Source of the DNA: Acidobacteriota bacterium
GTDB lineage: Bacteria > Actinomycetota > Acidimicrobiia > Spongiisociales > ZC4RG35
Direction of reading: 5' to 3'
Assembly (NCBI GenBank): GCA_022573225.1
Contig: JACZUI010000001.1
Span: 48,883-112,882, forward strand
DNA length: 64,000 nucleotides
This document shows, in pieces, positions 38,587 to 49,084 of this stretch. The notes below the pieces were generated by a model, which searched no databases, was not told the DNA's origin, and was given only the letters and a program-made list of their open reading frames with translations. Within the stretch, counting starts at the first letter, position 1, and each line of letters opens with the position of its first letter. The position numbers and the translations under genes are program-made.

Positions 38587-39821
38587 TTCACCGGAAGAGC
38601 TCTCACTACTTCCGCCAGAGCGTCATAGGTCCTCTCGCCCATGTGCTTGTCGTCCTCGTCGAGCAGATTGGCCATCACTTTCAGGGTCCAGGACATCAGG
38701 GTGCCATTGCGAAGACCGGTGTGAGCGATGGTGCGCATCACCGATGGGTGCCCGATCAGCTTCACGAATACGCGCGCCATCTTGTAGTAGAGCCCGTATT
38801 CGTCTTCGAGATGTCGGGGATATCTCTGCAGCAGGCCCAGATCGTCGGCGCCCAGCGATTCGCCCACATATCGGGCAGCGATCCTGCCGGTCTCGTATGC
38901 ATAGGAGATCCCCTCGCCGTTCCACGGGTTGATCGCCCCGGCGGCGTCACCAATGGTGAGCCAGTTGGAGCCAACCAGCGGAGCCTTGGAGAAGGACATC
39001 GTCAGCTTCCCGCCAACAGGATTGGTGAGCTTCGTTTCCTCCGAGAGCTCCCAATAATCGGGTGCGATGGCGACGTAGTCGCGCATCATGTGTGTCGTAT
39101 TGACGTGCTTCCAGCGCTTGAAGGTCGACAGGAGCCCGACCCCCACGTTGACCGTGCCATCGCCGAGCGGGAAGACCCACCCATATCCGGGTATTGTCGC
39201 CCCCGATGAATCGCGCAGGTCCAACTGGCTCTCGAGGTAGGGATCCGTGGAACGCGGCGACGAGTAGTAGCCCCGCACCGCCAGGCCCAATGGATAGTCC
39301 TTACGGCGGGCAGTGCCAAGATCCCGTCCAAATCGGTTCATCGACCCGTCCGCAATCACGGTCACCTCGGGCATCACCGTCTCGGTCTGCCCGTTGTGAT
39401 CGAGCGCCACACTGGTCAGCACTCCGTCTTCGATCACCGGAGTCGCCGAGGTCTTCTCCATGATCCGAACGCCCTGTTTCTCGGCCAGCGTGGCCACCTG
39501 ACCATCGAGATCGCTCCTACGGATCATCCCGCCCCAGTTGGGAAACCGGGAGTGGTCCGGCCAGGGCAACTCGATGACCAGATCGTCGCCGGCGTAGGAC
39601 CGAAGCCCGGTGATCCTGTGGAAGGGTGCGATCTCAAAATCAAACTCCATGTCCTGGAGCTGGCGTATCGCCCGAGGCGTGAGCGCATCGCCACACGTCT
39701 TGTCGCGGGGATACTCCTTCTTCTCCACGAGGGTGACGTCATGGCCGTCGCGGGCAAGCCAGTAGGCAGCGGCCGACCCCGCCGGGCCGCCGCCGACCAC
39801 GAGAATCGGGGGTGACTTCAT
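38583..39821 (-). CDS. Geranylgeranyl reductase family FAD-dependent oxidoreductase (MenJ-like)
   Basis: ILVVGGGPAGSAAAYWLARDGHDVTLVEKK dinucleotide fold, KTCGDALTP, and GDAAGAINPWNGEGI. Confidence 0.8.
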   Translation of the reverse strand: MKSPPILVVGGGPAGSAAAYWLARDGHDVTLVEKKEYPRDKTCGDALTPRAIRQLQDMEFDFEIAPFHRITGLRSYAGDDLVIELPWPDHSRFPNWGGMIRRSDLDGQVATLAEKQGVRIMEKTSATPVIEDGVLTSVALDHNGQTETVMPEVTVIADGSMNRFGRDLGTARRKDYPLGLAVRGYYSSPRSTDPYLESQLDLRDSSGATIPGYGWVFPLGDGTVNVGVGLLSTFKRWKHVNTTHMMRDYVAIAPDYWELSEETKLTNPVGGKLTMSFSKAPLVGSNWLTIGDAAGAINPWNGEGISYAYETGRIAARYVGESLGADDLGLLQRYPRHLEDEYGLYYKMARVFVKLIGHPSVMRTIAHTGLRNGTLMSWTLKVMANLLDEDDKHMGERTYDALAEVVRALPVK

Positions 39822-39994
39822 CGGGAGTCAGGTTAGGCAGGACCTCGACCCTTTCCTCCCCCGGAAGCGGAGCGATAGATCTCGTACCCCCGAAGGGCAA
39901 GGCCGAGAGAGAGCCCGCTCCGCGCTATGCCCCCTCCTCCCTCCGGCGCAAGGCCGATGCCGGATTCGAGTTCTCTTGCTCTTAGAGTCGCCCC

Positions 39995-40618
39995 ATGAGC
40001 GAGCTTCCCCGGGCGACGGTCGTCCGCCTGCCCCGGTATCTCCGACTACTCGACGACATCAGCCGGTCCCGAGAGACCGTCAGCTCAGACCAGTTGGCCG
40101 AAGCCGCGGGAGCCAACGCCGCCAATGTGCGGAGGGATCTCTCCTACCTCGACTTCCACGGAGTCAGGGGTGTTGGATATTCGGTGACGGAATTGCGAGA
40201 TCGAATCCGCCGCGAGCTGGGCATTGCATTCCGGCGCAACGTCGCCATTGTCGGCGCCGGCAACCTGGGGCGGGCTCTCGCCAACTACGGAGGGCTGAGC
40301 CGCAGGGGGTTTGATGTCGTCGCCGTCTATGACAAAGACGACGCGGCGATCGGCTCAACGATCGGAAAGCTCTCCGTCAGAAACGTTCAGAAGCTCACCG
40401 ACGACTGTTCCAATGGGGACTTCGACATGGCAATCCTGGCGGTACCCGCGGTGGCCGCGCAACAAGTCACCGACCAGCTGGTCGAGGCGGGCATCGAGAC
40501 GATCCTCAACTTTGCCCCGATCAGGGTCGGTGTGCCCGACACAGTCACAGTCCGACAAGTGGACCTTTCGATGGAACTCCAGGTCCTCAGCTATTACGGA
40601 CGCCGAACTCTCGCTTAG
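39995..40618 (+). CDS. rex: Redox-sensing transcriptional repressor Rex
   Basis: ATVVRLPRYLRLL winged-helix N-terminus, and IVGAGNLGRALANY Rossmann NADH sensor domain. Confidence 0.9.
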   Translation: MSELPRATVVRLPRYLRLLDDISRSRETVSSDQLAEAAGANAANVRRDLSYLDFHGVRGVGYSVTELRDRIRRELGIAFRRNVAIVGAGNLGRALANYGGLSRRGFDVVAVYDKDDAAIGSTIGKLSVRNVQKLTDDCSNGDFDMAILAVPAVAAQQVTDQLVEAGIETILNFAPIRVGVPDTVTVRQVDLSMELQVLSYYGRRTLA

Positions 40619-40995
40619 GCGGTCGACTTCTCTTGGAGCTCCTCGTACTGGTGGAGCGCCACCAAGAAGACGAGGAAGAGCACAAACGTCACCAGCATGT
40701 AAGTGATCGGGATGATCCGAATCTCAAAGGCGTTGAGCCCTTCGATGTCGTCGGGCTTGGGGCCCCGAGGGGCATAGATGACAAACAACATCGAGGTGAT
40801 CGTGAGCCACCCAAAAATTCCGGCCCCGGTCACGAGAAAGCCGAGTTTCTTACCGAGGTTGGTGTAGTTGAAGAGATAGATCGAGCCAAAGAACAACAGC
40901 ACCGCCGCAAGAGTGAGGACCACTCCGGTGATGAAGAGGTTCGCAGAGAACAGTGATCGGAACAGCTCACGGAAGAAATCGCCCTGCATCGTCAA
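40615..40995 (-). CDS. Small membrane protein (126 aa), last gene of the Rieske/cyt b operon
   Basis: 3-4 TM helices. Its ATG overlaps the cytochrome c stop (ATGA). No recognisable motif. Confidence 0.55.
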   Translation of the reverse strand: MTMQGDFFRELFRSLFSANLFITGVVLTLAAVLLFFGSIYLFNYTNLGKKLGFLVTGAGIFGWLTITSMLFVIYAPRGPKPDDIEGLNAFEIRIIPITYMLVTFVLFLVFLVALHQYEELQEKSTA

Positions 40996-42896
40996 CCCTT
41001 CCCATCCATGTTACCGGCGCGTACGTAGGTGGCCAGCAGCCTGATGTCGTCCGCCGGCAAGATTGCGCCGAAGGCCGGCATCCTGCCGGATCCGAACCCG
41101 TTCAGGCCATAGGGCGTCTCAGATCGTGACCCGAGCACCAGGAACTGGATCAGCAAGTCATCCGTATCCGGTGTCACAGCCTCGCCGAATTGGACCAGGG
41201 GCCGACCGTCCCATAGCGCCGGGCCAAACCCTCCGGATCCTGCCTCCTGGGTATAGGAAAGGCCGGCGCTCCACCCGGCAGTGTGACAACGGGCACAGTT
41301 GGCGTTGAACAGGCCGACCGCCCGCGCCGCATCGGCTTCGTCGACGCCCATCGACGCCGCCACTCCCGCGATGTCAATCTCGTACGACTTTGACTCGGCG
41401 GCCGCCTCGAGAAACTCGAGTCCGCTCTCCTCGGCCTCCAGGAGTTGGTCGATGTTCTCCGCCGAGACGCTCAACGACGTCGCCAGAGATTGGAGGTTGC
41501 CGACAAAGGTGCTGGCCGTTCGTTGATCGGGCTGACCTCCAACCGACTCCGGGTTCAGCGGGTCGAGGTCGATCTCGATTATCTGAGGGGGAACGGTCTT
41601 CGCTCCGGCATCGGCTACCTGATTGGTTATGTCATTCTCAGCCGCAGTGGAGAAACCGTCGCCATCGGGATCGGAACCGGCATCTACGATTACAGCCGCA
41701 TCGGTGGCCATTGTCCCCGCGTCGGTCGGGGCATCCTCGGCGGCCGCTGCCTCCTCGAGAGCAGCCACCAGCGACTCCCCCGCTTCAACAGTGTCGTACG
41801 GCCCGCTGGGCACCGATATGCCGGCCTCGGCAGCCTGGTCGGCAATCGTCACCAACCCCGATGCTGCGGTGGAATCGAGCCCACCCGGCTCGACACTTCC
41901 CGTGTCTATCGCCTCATTCACGGCAACCAGATTCGTGACGACGATGGGGTCGGTGTCGAGAGCGGCCTCGAGTGTCGCAACTGCCTCGTCTGCCTTCTCG
42001 GCATCGGCCACCTGTGGATCCATGACAATGGGATCGACCACAGTGAACCCCTCGACCGCCTCCCTGGAGATTGCCGACAACTCGGCTTCTGCCGAGTCGG
42101 AAAGACCATCGTCATCGGTGTCGATCCCCTCTTCGGCCCCATCGAGCACCTCATCGGCCTGTTCTGCCAGCGGTTCCAGGAATTCGGAGTCTTTCGGCGC
42201 CTGCTTGACTTCGGCGACGACCTGAGCCTGAGTCAGGATTGCCGCGGCGACGATTGCGTCGGCATTCTCGAGCTTGGTCAACTCAACGCCCACCGGGCTC
42301 GGAATCTCATTGACGGCCTCAGCCTGCGGGATCTGGATCGTTCCCAGGTAATTGACGACATCGACGACCTGGGCCTCGTTGAGTGGACCGCCACCCGCAA
42401 GGCCCCACGCAGGCATCGGGGTGTTGCCCCGGCCAAAAGTGACCCAGAAGTTGAGCTCGTCATCGTCGTACCGATAGCCGACATCGTTCAGCGAGGGCGC
42501 CGACCAGGCAACATTGACGCCAGACCTCTTCTCGATGTAGGAAGCCGTGCCCCCGACACCCTCAGGACCGTGGCAGCTGAAACAGGCGAACTCTTCGACC
42601 AGATGTGCTCCGCGCTCGACTGACTCCTCATCGAACTGCTCTACGAATCCCTCCTGGCGGGCAGGCTCGGTGAGGAAATAGATCGGAAGCGAAAGAGCGA
42701 GAAAGGCAGAGAATGCGATAGCCGCTTTCTGGCCTGTCTCCAGACGCCGGGTCTCCATTTCCTGGTCGGTCGTTCCCGGACGGAGATTGTGGGGAACTTC
42801 CTCACTGCCGCGATTTCGGATGGCCGAGACGAACAACACGCCAAGCCAAACGATGCCAACGACAACGGCAATAACAGCGACAACGTTTCCGGTCAT
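40992..42896 (-). CDS. Membrane-anchored dihaem cytochrome c with a long acidic linker (QcrC-like role)
   Basis: N-terminal TM helix. Two CxxCH motifs (CFSCHG and CARCHT) separated by an Asp/Glu/Ala-rich segment of about 330 aa. Confidence 0.8.
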   Translation of the reverse strand: MTGNVVAVIAVVVGIVWLGVLFVSAIRNRGSEEVPHNLRPGTTDQEMETRRLETGQKAAIAFSAFLALSLPIYFLTEPARQEGFVEQFDEESVERGAHLVEEFACFSCHGPEGVGGTASYIEKRSGVNVAWSAPSLNDVGYRYDDDELNFWVTFGRGNTPMPAWGLAGGGPLNEAQVVDVVNYLGTIQIPQAEAVNEIPSPVGVELTKLENADAIVAAAILTQAQVVAEVKQAPKDSEFLEPLAEQADEVLDGAEEGIDTDDDGLSDSAEAELSAISREAVEGFTVVDPIVMDPQVADAEKADEAVATLEAALDTDPIVVTNLVAVNEAIDTGSVEPGGLDSTAASGLVTIADQAAEAGISVPSGPYDTVEAGESLVAALEEAAAAEDAPTDAGTMATDAAVIVDAGSDPDGDGFSTAAENDITNQVADAGAKTVPPQIIEIDLDPLNPESVGGQPDQRTASTFVGNLQSLATSLSVSAENIDQLLEAEESGLEFLEAAAESKSYEIDIAGVAASMGVDEADAARAVGLFNANCARCHTAGWSAGLSYTQEAGSGGFGPALWDGRPLVQFGEAVTPDTDDLLIQFLVLGSRSETPYGLNGFGSGRMPAFGAILPADDIRLLATYVRAGNMDGKG

Positions 42897-43798
42897 GCCT
42901 CCGCCTCGGCCGTCGCCGCGATGCAGCTGGGGCCCTGCGGGTAGTCAACGCTTCGAAACGGGGCGCGGGGGGTCTCGATGATGGACCCGGTCTTGATTAT
43001 GAAGTTGTTGCCGCGCAGTTCCACGACGAATCGATCGAGATTTCGCGGGGCGGGACCTGCGAAGTATTCACCGATCGAGTTGTACTTGGAGCCGTGACAG
43101 GGGCACTCGAAACCCTGAGACGGACCACACCAGGGAACTCGGCAGCCAAGGTGGACACATCGCTGAAACAAAGCCATGAGCCCCGCTGCCTCGACTGACT
43201 TTCCCTCGAACTGCTCGCTCAACGAATCCGGCGCCGGGACCAGGTAGGTGCGCGCCTCTGGGATGAACAGCGGCAAGACCGATCCGTCCGGAGCCAATAC
43301 CTTCTTCTGCAGATCCCCCACCGGGCCGGCATCCACGTCGGCGCCAAACCCACCAGTCAACTTGGGCCAGAAGAACGCCAGCGAGTTGAGGCCCATCAGG
43401 GCCAGAAACGATCCGAAGGTGACAGTTATCGCGCGATTGAAGAACTGTCGTCTTGACACTCCCCCTTCTTCTGCGGAGACCTCGACGATGCGCTGGGTCT
43501 CGACGACGTGGACGGCGACAGGCTCGTTGTCCTCCTCCTCGGCGGTGAGGTCTGAGCCGACCTGTTCCTCCGCGGGAGGTGAGTCCTCTGGCTCCGAATC
43601 GGGCACTGATACGGCAATCGGCTCGACCCGGACCCCTGCCATCGACTTGTCGGCGGCCCTGGTTTCTGCAGACACACCGGCCGTGGGGTCTTGCTTCTCC
43701 TGCTGTTGAGAACGACGGAAGGCGACTGCGAACGCGCCAGCCGCCCCAAGGATGGCGATGGCTGCGACAGCGATCAATGCGAGGTTGGCGACGGTCAT
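42893..43798 (-). CDS. Rieske 2Fe-2S subunit
   Basis: [10 protein letters not shown] and CPCHGSKY boxes. Internal twin-arginine motif [10 protein letters not shown] preceded by an extra TM helix and an acidic segment. Confidence 0.9.
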   Translation of the reverse strand: MTVANLALIAVAAIAILGAAGAFAVAFRRSQQQEKQDPTAGVSAETRAADKSMAGVRVEPIAVSVPDSEPEDSPPAEEQVGSDLTAEEEDNEPVAVHVVETQRIVEVSAEEGGVSRRQFFNRAITVTFGSFLALMGLNSLAFFWPKLTGGFGADVDAGPVGDLQKKVLAPDGSVLPLFIPEARTYLVPAPDSLSEQFEGKSVEAAGLMALFQRCVHLGCRVPWCGPSQGFECPCHGSKYNSIGEYFAGPAPRNLDRFVVELRGNNFIIKTGSIIETPRAPFRSVDYPQGPSCIAATAEAEA

Positions 43799-44796
43799 TC
43801 GAAATCCACCCAGTCCTTGAGGTCGTCAAAGAAGATCCCGTCCTTCCATGGATAGGTGAAGTTGAAGCCTCTTCCTCTGAACAGGACCCCGATCAAGGTC
43901 AGCGTCCCCGCGCCAACCATGAACATCGAATAGAGAAGGATCGCGAACTTGCGGTCGCTGGGACGCGTCGACGGGTTCTTGTCGACGAATGGGATCATCA
44001 TGAAACCGATGATCCCGGTGATGGTCGGCACCGTGACACCGGCGATCTGCGGATCGAAGTAGGAGAGAAGCTCTTGAAGGCCAAGGAAATACCAAGGCGC
44101 CTTTGACGGATTCGGGGTGGAGTTGACGTTTGCCGGGTCAAGCAACGGGGAAAAGATGATCACCGACATGATGACGAGCAGACCGGTTATGGCGAGCAGG
44201 GCCCCGAACTCCATCAGCATCAAGTGTGGCCACGTGTTGACTTTGTCCGTCGGCTCTGCTTTGACGGTCTGAATCGCCCTGGCCTTGACAACTGTGAGGA
44301 GTCGCGCCGTTCTCACACCTTCGGGTGTGCCCGCCGGCGGCACACTAGGCCGAGGGCTCACCACGGCCGCTAGTTTGTCATTGCCGGATCCATCGACCTC
44401 AGCAAGCGGTTGCTCATCCTCGACGATCGTGGCCACCGCGGCGGGAGGGACAGCTTCCTCGGCCTGCTCCTCCGAGCGGGGCGAGACAGCCTCCTCGGCC
44501 TGCTCCTCCGAGCGGGGCGAGACAGCCTCCTCGGCCTGCTCCTCCGAGCGGGGCGAGACAGCCTCCTCCACCTGCTCATCAGCGGCGTCAGCCGACGCGG
44601 CGTCTGCCTGCCCTGCGGAAGCGCCGGGGCTCGGTTCGTCCGAGAGGGGCGACACAGCCCCCTCATCAGAAGCAGGCACCTCGATTGGGGGGCCTTCCCC
44701 TTTCATCTCGGCAAGAACTTGCTCGACCGGCACTCCGAGCGCCTTGGCCTTGGCTTCTGCAGATCTTCTGAGAAGACTCTCTGGGATCTCTGTCAC
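43795..44796 (-). CDS. Cytochrome b C-terminal domain / subunit IV-like protein with a long N-terminal extension
   Basis: The C-terminal ~170 aa carries the PEWY-type motif ([13 protein letters not shown]). The N-terminus has a ~35-aa module shared with two cytochromes c in the window, plus a 12-aa tandem repeat. Confidence 0.8.
   Translation of the reverse strand: MTEIPESLLRRSAEAKAKALGVPVEQVLAEMKGEGPPIEVPASDEGAVSPLSDEPSPGASAGQADAASADAADEQVEEAVSPRSEEQAEEAVSPRSEEQAEEAVSPRSEEQAEEAVPPAAVATIVEDEQPLAEVDGSGNDKLAAVVSPRPSVPPAGTPEGVRTARLLTVVKARAIQTVKAEPTDKVNTWPHLMLMEFGALLAITGLLVIMSVIIFSPLLDPANVNSTPNPSKAPWYFLGLQELLSYFDPQIAGVTVPTITGIIGFMMIPFVDKNPSTRPSDRKFAILLYSMFMVGAGTLTLIGVLFRGRGFNFTYPWKDGIFFDDLKDWVDFE
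44449..44569. repeat. 36-bp tandem repeat, 3.3 copies, in-frame within the subunit IV-like gene
   Basis: GACAGC(C/T)TCCTCGGCCTGCTCCTCCGAGCGGGGCGA x3 plus a partial unit. It encodes ([12 protein letters not shown])n. Confidence 0.9.
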
Positions 44797-44864
44797 AACT
44801 TCTCCCTAGTGGCCCGTCTCATATGTGTCTCCGGCGTCTCTCGTTGCACTCATTCGACAGACCA

Positions 44865-45641
44865 TCAGAGCGGCCCTGAGATGCCGCCGTCCTTGCGCAC
44901 TCGCCAGAAGTGGACTGCAAGGAATAGCACTAAAATGAAGGGAAACGCGAGCACATGAAGCACATAGAACCTGAGAAGTGTCGCCCCTGATACCTCTAAC
45001 GAGCCCAGCAGAGCGAACTTGACCTGACCACCGACGACGGGGATGAACCCGGCCATGTTGGTGCCCACAGTGACCGCCCACAGAGCCAACTGATCCCAAG
45101 GGAGCAGATACCCGGAGAAGGAGAGGAAGAGGGTCAGGAAGAGGAGCAGGACCCCAATCACCCAGTTGAACTCGCGGGGGGGCTTGTACGCGCCGTGATA
45201 GAAGACCCGGCTCATGTGGAGGAACACGGACAACACCATCAGGTGTGCTCCCCAACGATGCAGGTTCCTCACCAGCGTCCCGAAGGCCACATTGGTCGAG
45301 AGCGCCTGAATATCGGTGTAGGCGGCCTCCGCCGACGGCGTGTAATAGAACATGAGAAAGATGCCGGTGATGGTCAGAAGGATGAACAGGAAAAAAGACA
45401 GGCCTCCCAGACACAGGGTGTAGGAGAGCTTGACCCCGTGCCGCTTCACTTTCACCGGGTGGAGGTGATAGAGCACGTTGTTCATCACCACGTACGAGCG
45501 GTTCCTGGGGCTGTCGGAGTACCCCTTCTTAAAGGGTGAGCCCGGCCTGAGGATCGCCTCGACCACCTGGGAGCCCCAGAGCTTCTCGTTCGTCTCCTTG
45601 ATCTTGTCCTTCAAACCGGTCTTGCCGTCGCCGTCAGCCAA
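44865..45641 (-). CDS. Cytochrome b6-type (N-terminal domain only) cytochrome b
   Basis: Four haem-ligand His in two pairs: [11 protein letters not shown] and [23 protein letters not shown]. 258 aa, ending before the PEWY region. Confidence 0.85.
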   Translation of the reverse strand: MADGDGKTGLKDKIKETNEKLWGSQVVEAILRPGSPFKKGYSDSPRNRSYVVMNNVLYHLHPVKVKRHGVKLSYTLCLGGLSFFLFILLTITGIFLMFYYTPSAEAAYTDIQALSTNVAFGTLVRNLHRWGAHLMVLSVFLHMSRVFYHGAYKPPREFNWVIGVLLLFLTLFLSFSGYLLPWDQLALWAVTVGTNMAGFIPVVGGQVKFALLGSLEVSGATLLRFYVLHVLAFPFILVLFLAVHFWRVRKDGGISGPL

Positions 45642-45649
45642 GACGCCTC

Positions 45650-46099
45650 CTACCAGCGCATTCCATATGAATAGCCATTCTTGAAGTCACGTTGCCCGGT
45701 GTCGAAATCCCAGGGCCGTCGATCGAGGCCCAGCTCGACCGACTGGTCGGCCAAGGAGCCTTCGAACTTCCCGAGAGTGATGACATTGGTGGGACATCGG
45801 TCGATGCAGAGAGCGCACCTGGTGCACTCGTCCTCATCAACGATGAAGAACCCGAAATTCTGAGAGTCATCCCCCGGATGGTCGACGTTGACGCCTTCAT
45901 CGATCGCATCGAGAGAGAGGTAGTGGATGCACTTCCACGGGCAAATGTCGACGCATCCCTCGCAAATGATGCACTCGGACTGATCGATGTGGAGAAACTG
46001 CTTGGGACGAAGCTTGTCCTTGAAGTAATCGCCATCCACAACGGCGAGCTGATAATCGTCTCTGACCGGTGGGGTCTCATCCACAACTCCGCGCGGCAT
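45650..46099 (-). CDS. 2x[4Fe-4S] ferredoxin-domain protein
   Basis: [12 protein letters not shown] and [12 protein letters not shown]. Its start overlaps the stop of the upstream membrane protein gene. Confidence 0.8.
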   Translation of the reverse strand: MPRGVVDETPPVRDDYQLAVVDGDYFKDKLRPKQFLHIDQSECIICEGCVDICPWKCIHYLSLDAIDEGVNVDHPGDDSQNFGFFIVDEDECTRCALCIDRCPTNVITLGKFEGSLADQSVELGLDRRPWDFDTGQRDFKNGYSYGMRW

Positions 46100-46779
46100 C
46101 AGGTGTCACCCTTGACCAGCGGACGTCCGTAGGGAGACTTGGGTTGAGGCTTCTCGGCGGACGGCGGCCGACCCTGGTACATCTTCTGAAGCTGTAGGGC
46201 GAAAATCCCGCCGCCGGCCAGGATGGCGATGTGGTACCCCATCGAGATCGAGTCCTTTAGGGCGGCGTAGCTGAGGTCGACCTCGTTGCCAAGGACGAGG
46301 AATGGGGGAATCACGATGGCAACTCGTTGGCTGGACCAATCGAGATCGGTCTGAGCAAAGTTGAGCCACTCCGACGGAACCATGGCGAACAGCATCACCA
46401 GCTCGATCCAGGTGATGAATGAGGCAAAAGCGGCACGTGCCCAGGTCATCTTCTGGTTGAGCACCCAAACGAAGAGCGCGCCCAGGAGCAGCATCTGCGA
46501 AGCAGCAAAGGCTGCCAGGTATCCGATGCCCTTCCAGATCGCTCCGCGGGGAACCCAGTTGAAACTGTCGAGTACGACGGGAACGATCTCACCATCGACG
46601 ATCTCGTTTTCCGGGAAACTGGAGAAGTGAATCCACCAGACAGCCAGGATCAAGGTCACGAATCCAGTCAACAGAAGACCCCAGCCTATGGTCTTCCGTC
46701 TTCTGTCCTTTAGCTCTGCGAGGCGGTACATCTCTTCCTGTTCGGGCGCGACGGTGTGAGTGCAGGACCGTTTTACCAC
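46099..46779 (-). CDS. Hypothetical 4-TM membrane protein, first gene of the Rieske/cyt b operon
   Basis: 226-aa ORF (an alternative start at Met17 is possible). Hydrophobic helices, no recognisable motif. Confidence 0.5.
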   Translation of the reverse strand: MVKRSCTHTVAPEQEEMYRLAELKDRRRKTIGWGLLLTGFVTLILAVWWIHFSSFPENEIVDGEIVPVVLDSFNWVPRGAIWKGIGYLAAFAASQMLLLGALFVWVLNQKMTWARAAFASFITWIELVMLFAMVPSEWLNFAQTDLDWSSQRVAIVIPPFLVLGNEVDLSYAALKDSISMGYHIAILAGGGIFALQLQKMYQGRPPSAEKPQPKSPYGRPLVKGDT

Positions 46780-46896
46780 AACCTGGGTCGCCTAAGTGAA
46801 CCGACGACGCCAAAAAACCTGGCAAAGCGTGACGACCGACCGATTCACCGAAGCAGTTATGCTCCCGCCGTCGCGTCCGCGAAGCGAGGAAGCCCC

Positions 46897-48333
46897 GTGG
46901 CAGCTAGGCAATCTGGAGACATTCGAACCCTTCTCGGAGGGGGTACGGAAGAGGATCGCGTCTCCATCGCACACTTTCTGGTCGGCGCGGCCTTTCTAGC
47001 CATCGGCGGGCTGATCGAAGTGATCGCGATGTTCTCGCTTCGCTTCGCCGACATATTTCCGGTGAGCTTTGGCCGCCTCGAGTCGATGGCCAATCTCACT
47101 CTCATGATGGGCTTCGCCGTGATCTCCTTGCTGGGTGGGATCTACTATGTCCTTCCCCGGTTGACGGGAACCAGACTCTGGAGCGTCCGTCTGGCCCGGG
47201 TGTCGCTCTTCTTGATTTCGGTCGTCGTATTGGGCGGGCTCCTGACAATCGGGTTTGGCTTGGGAGCAGGCCGACAGCCGTTCGGGTTGCCGTGGTGGAT
47301 CCACCTTCCCTTGGTTTTCGCACTCGCCGTACCGGCCATCATCACCATCGGCACAATCTCGAGACGGCAGGAGACTCGTAGCTTCGTGACTCTCTGGTTC
47401 GTGATCGGCGGGGTTGTCTGGCTGCCTCTCCTATACCTGGCCTATTTTGCCGGCGATCTCCCCGGACTCGGTTCTGTCGCCGTCGCATACTCAGATCTCT
47501 TCTTCACGGCCGGTTTCCTGACAATGTTCGTCTTCACCGTCGGCACAGGGCTGACCTATTACACCGTGGTCAAGGAGATCGACATACCTCTTGCTTCCCG
47601 GCAACTCGCGGTGGTCGGGTTCTGGTCGTTGGGCTTCGCAGGGGTGTGGTGGGGTGTCGCCCAGCTCGTATTCGGCCCGGGCCCGACCTGGGTTGCCGGA
47701 GTCGCAGCCGCCTTGGGCCTCGCATTCCCCATTGGCGCGTTGGCCAATGCCTCCAACCTGTCGCTGACTCTCGAAGGGCACTGGGAGAAGCTCAGCGACA
47801 AGCCCGGGGTCACGGCCGGAGTTCTTGGCGCGTACATGGCCGTGGTTGTTGCCCTCATGGCCAGCTTCGCATCATTTCCGACCATCGGATCCGTCACGGC
47901 GCTCACTGCCTACTGGGAGGCCGTGGAGTATGCCGCCCTTCTCGGCGTGGGGACTCTGCTGGTCGCGGGAATCTCGTTCGAGGCGCTCCCCCGTGCCGCC
48001 GGGCGTCGTCTGCCCACAACCGACCGGGCACGATCCTTCAACCGACTCACGGTAATCGGAGTTGGCGGTGTCCTCGTGAGCCTCACCGCCGCGGGTCTCA
48101 TCAGTGGCTACTCATGGCTTGGCGGTTCCAACAGCGCTGCGTACATCGACGTCGGTGACGGATGGGCAGCCGGGTCGGGCGCGACAGAAGCCCTCACGCT
48201 GATTGCGCTTGGATTTGCCCTCGTCACCTTCCTCGGCCAGCTCGCCTATGTCTCTGTTGTCGCCGGCACCGTGTTCTCCGGTCGGGCGGTCACCCAAGAT
48301 CTACTGGTTGAGGTGAGCGCGACCGATGAGTGA
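46897..48333 (+). CDS. cbb3-type haem-copper oxidase subunit I (CcoN)-like protein lacking the metal-ligand histidines
   Basis: About 12 TM helices. It aligns by eye with CcoN/FixN blocks: FGRLESMANLTLMMGFA against FGRLRPLHTxAVIFAFG; DLFFTAGFLTMF against GHNAVGFFLTAGFLGM; LAVVGFWSL against LSIVHFWAL. The His positions are replaced, and there are only 3 His in about 478 aa. Start set at the GTG at 46897. Confidence 0.6.
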   Translation: MAARQSGDIRTLLGGGTEEDRVSIAHFLVGAAFLAIGGLIEVIAMFSLRFADIFPVSFGRLESMANLTLMMGFAVISLLGGIYYVLPRLTGTRLWSVRLARVSLFLISVVVLGGLLTIGFGLGAGRQPFGLPWWIHLPLVFALAVPAIITIGTISRRQETRSFVTLWFVIGGVVWLPLLYLAYFAGDLPGLGSVAVAYSDLFFTAGFLTMFVFTVGTGLTYYTVVKEIDIPLASRQLAVVGFWSLGFAGVWWGVAQLVFGPGPTWVAGVAAALGLAFPIGALANASNLSLTLEGHWEKLSDKPGVTAGVLGAYMAVVVALMASFASFPTIGSVTALTAYWEAVEYAALLGVGTLLVAGISFEALPRAAGRRLPTTDRARSFNRLTVIGVGGVLVSLTAAGLISGYSWLGGSNSAAYIDVGDGWAAGSGATEALTLIALGFALVTFLGQLAYVSVVAGTVFSGRAVTQDLLVEVSATDE

Positions 48334-49084
48334 TCTGCTCACGGCTGCCGCCACCGCACTCGGAACACCGGAAACCCTTGTACAGAGGTCGGCAGAGGCC
48401 CGAGCGGCAGCGACCGGTGGCACCGTCGATGAGATCCTTTCGGCGTGGGCCGGCGGCGAAACAATCGCAACTCCCAGCCCGGAGCCAGTCGAAACCCCTG
48501 CCGAAGCGCCAGCCGTGGAGCCCGCTACTGCCGAGCCGACACCTGAGCCCGAGGCGGCGGTCGCGGTAATCGAGGCCCCCGTGGTCGCGGCGGCTCGCCC
48601 GGTGGAGGCCCCCGCCGTGCCCGGGCAACCGCCGGTCCTGGTGGGCACATCCGACAACCCGATGAACATTCTCGTGGCTGCGATAGGCCTGTTTGTCGCC
48701 ATCTTGCTGCTTGGATTGGTGGGACCGTCTGTCCCCTTGGACAACCCCGGTGCCAGGTCGTCGGAGATCGCACACTCGGAGGCCGGCGAAGCCGGGCAAA
48801 CCCTCTACGCGAGCGTGGGTTGTGCAGCCTGTCATACCCAAATGGTTCGCCCGATAGTCTCTGACGTCGGTCTCGGCGCGGTTTCGCTCAACGACTCCAA
48901 CCAGATCCTTGGAACCCGCAGATTTGGGCCTGATCTCTCTGACATAGGCAGTCGTAAAACCGGAACCGAGATCGAAGCGATCATCGGTGGGTTCGGAGGC
49001 CACAGTGATCTCGGTCTCTCCTCGACTGACATGGACAACCTCGTTACCTATCTGCTCGAATCGTCCACCTCGGAGTCCAGATGA
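48326..49084 (+). CDS. CcoO/FixO-like monohaem cytochrome c
   Basis: GQTLYASVGCAACHTQMVRP ... RRFGPDLSDIGSRK matches the CcoO pattern (CxxCHSQxxRP ... GPDL..xG.R). One TM helix, an Ala/Pro/Glu linker, and the shared N-terminal module. Confidence 0.65.
   Translation: MSDLLTAAATALGTPETLVQRSAEARAAATGGTVDEILSAWAGGETIATPSPEPVETPAEAPAVEPATAEPTPEPEAAVAVIEAPVVAAARPVEAPAVPGQPPVLVGTSDNPMNILVAAIGLFVAILLLGLVGPSVPLDNPGARSSEIAHSEAGEAGQTLYASVGCAACHTQMVRPIVSDVGLGAVSLNDSNQILGTRRFGPDLSDIGSRKTGTEIEAIIGGFGGHSDLGLSSTDMDNLVTYLLESSTSESR

Noticed and set aside
44449-44569. Regularly spaced 36-bp repeats, considered as a mini-CRISPR array
   Set aside because: The units are contiguous with no spacers, in frame within a CDS, and no cas genes are nearby. 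This is a coding tandem repeat.
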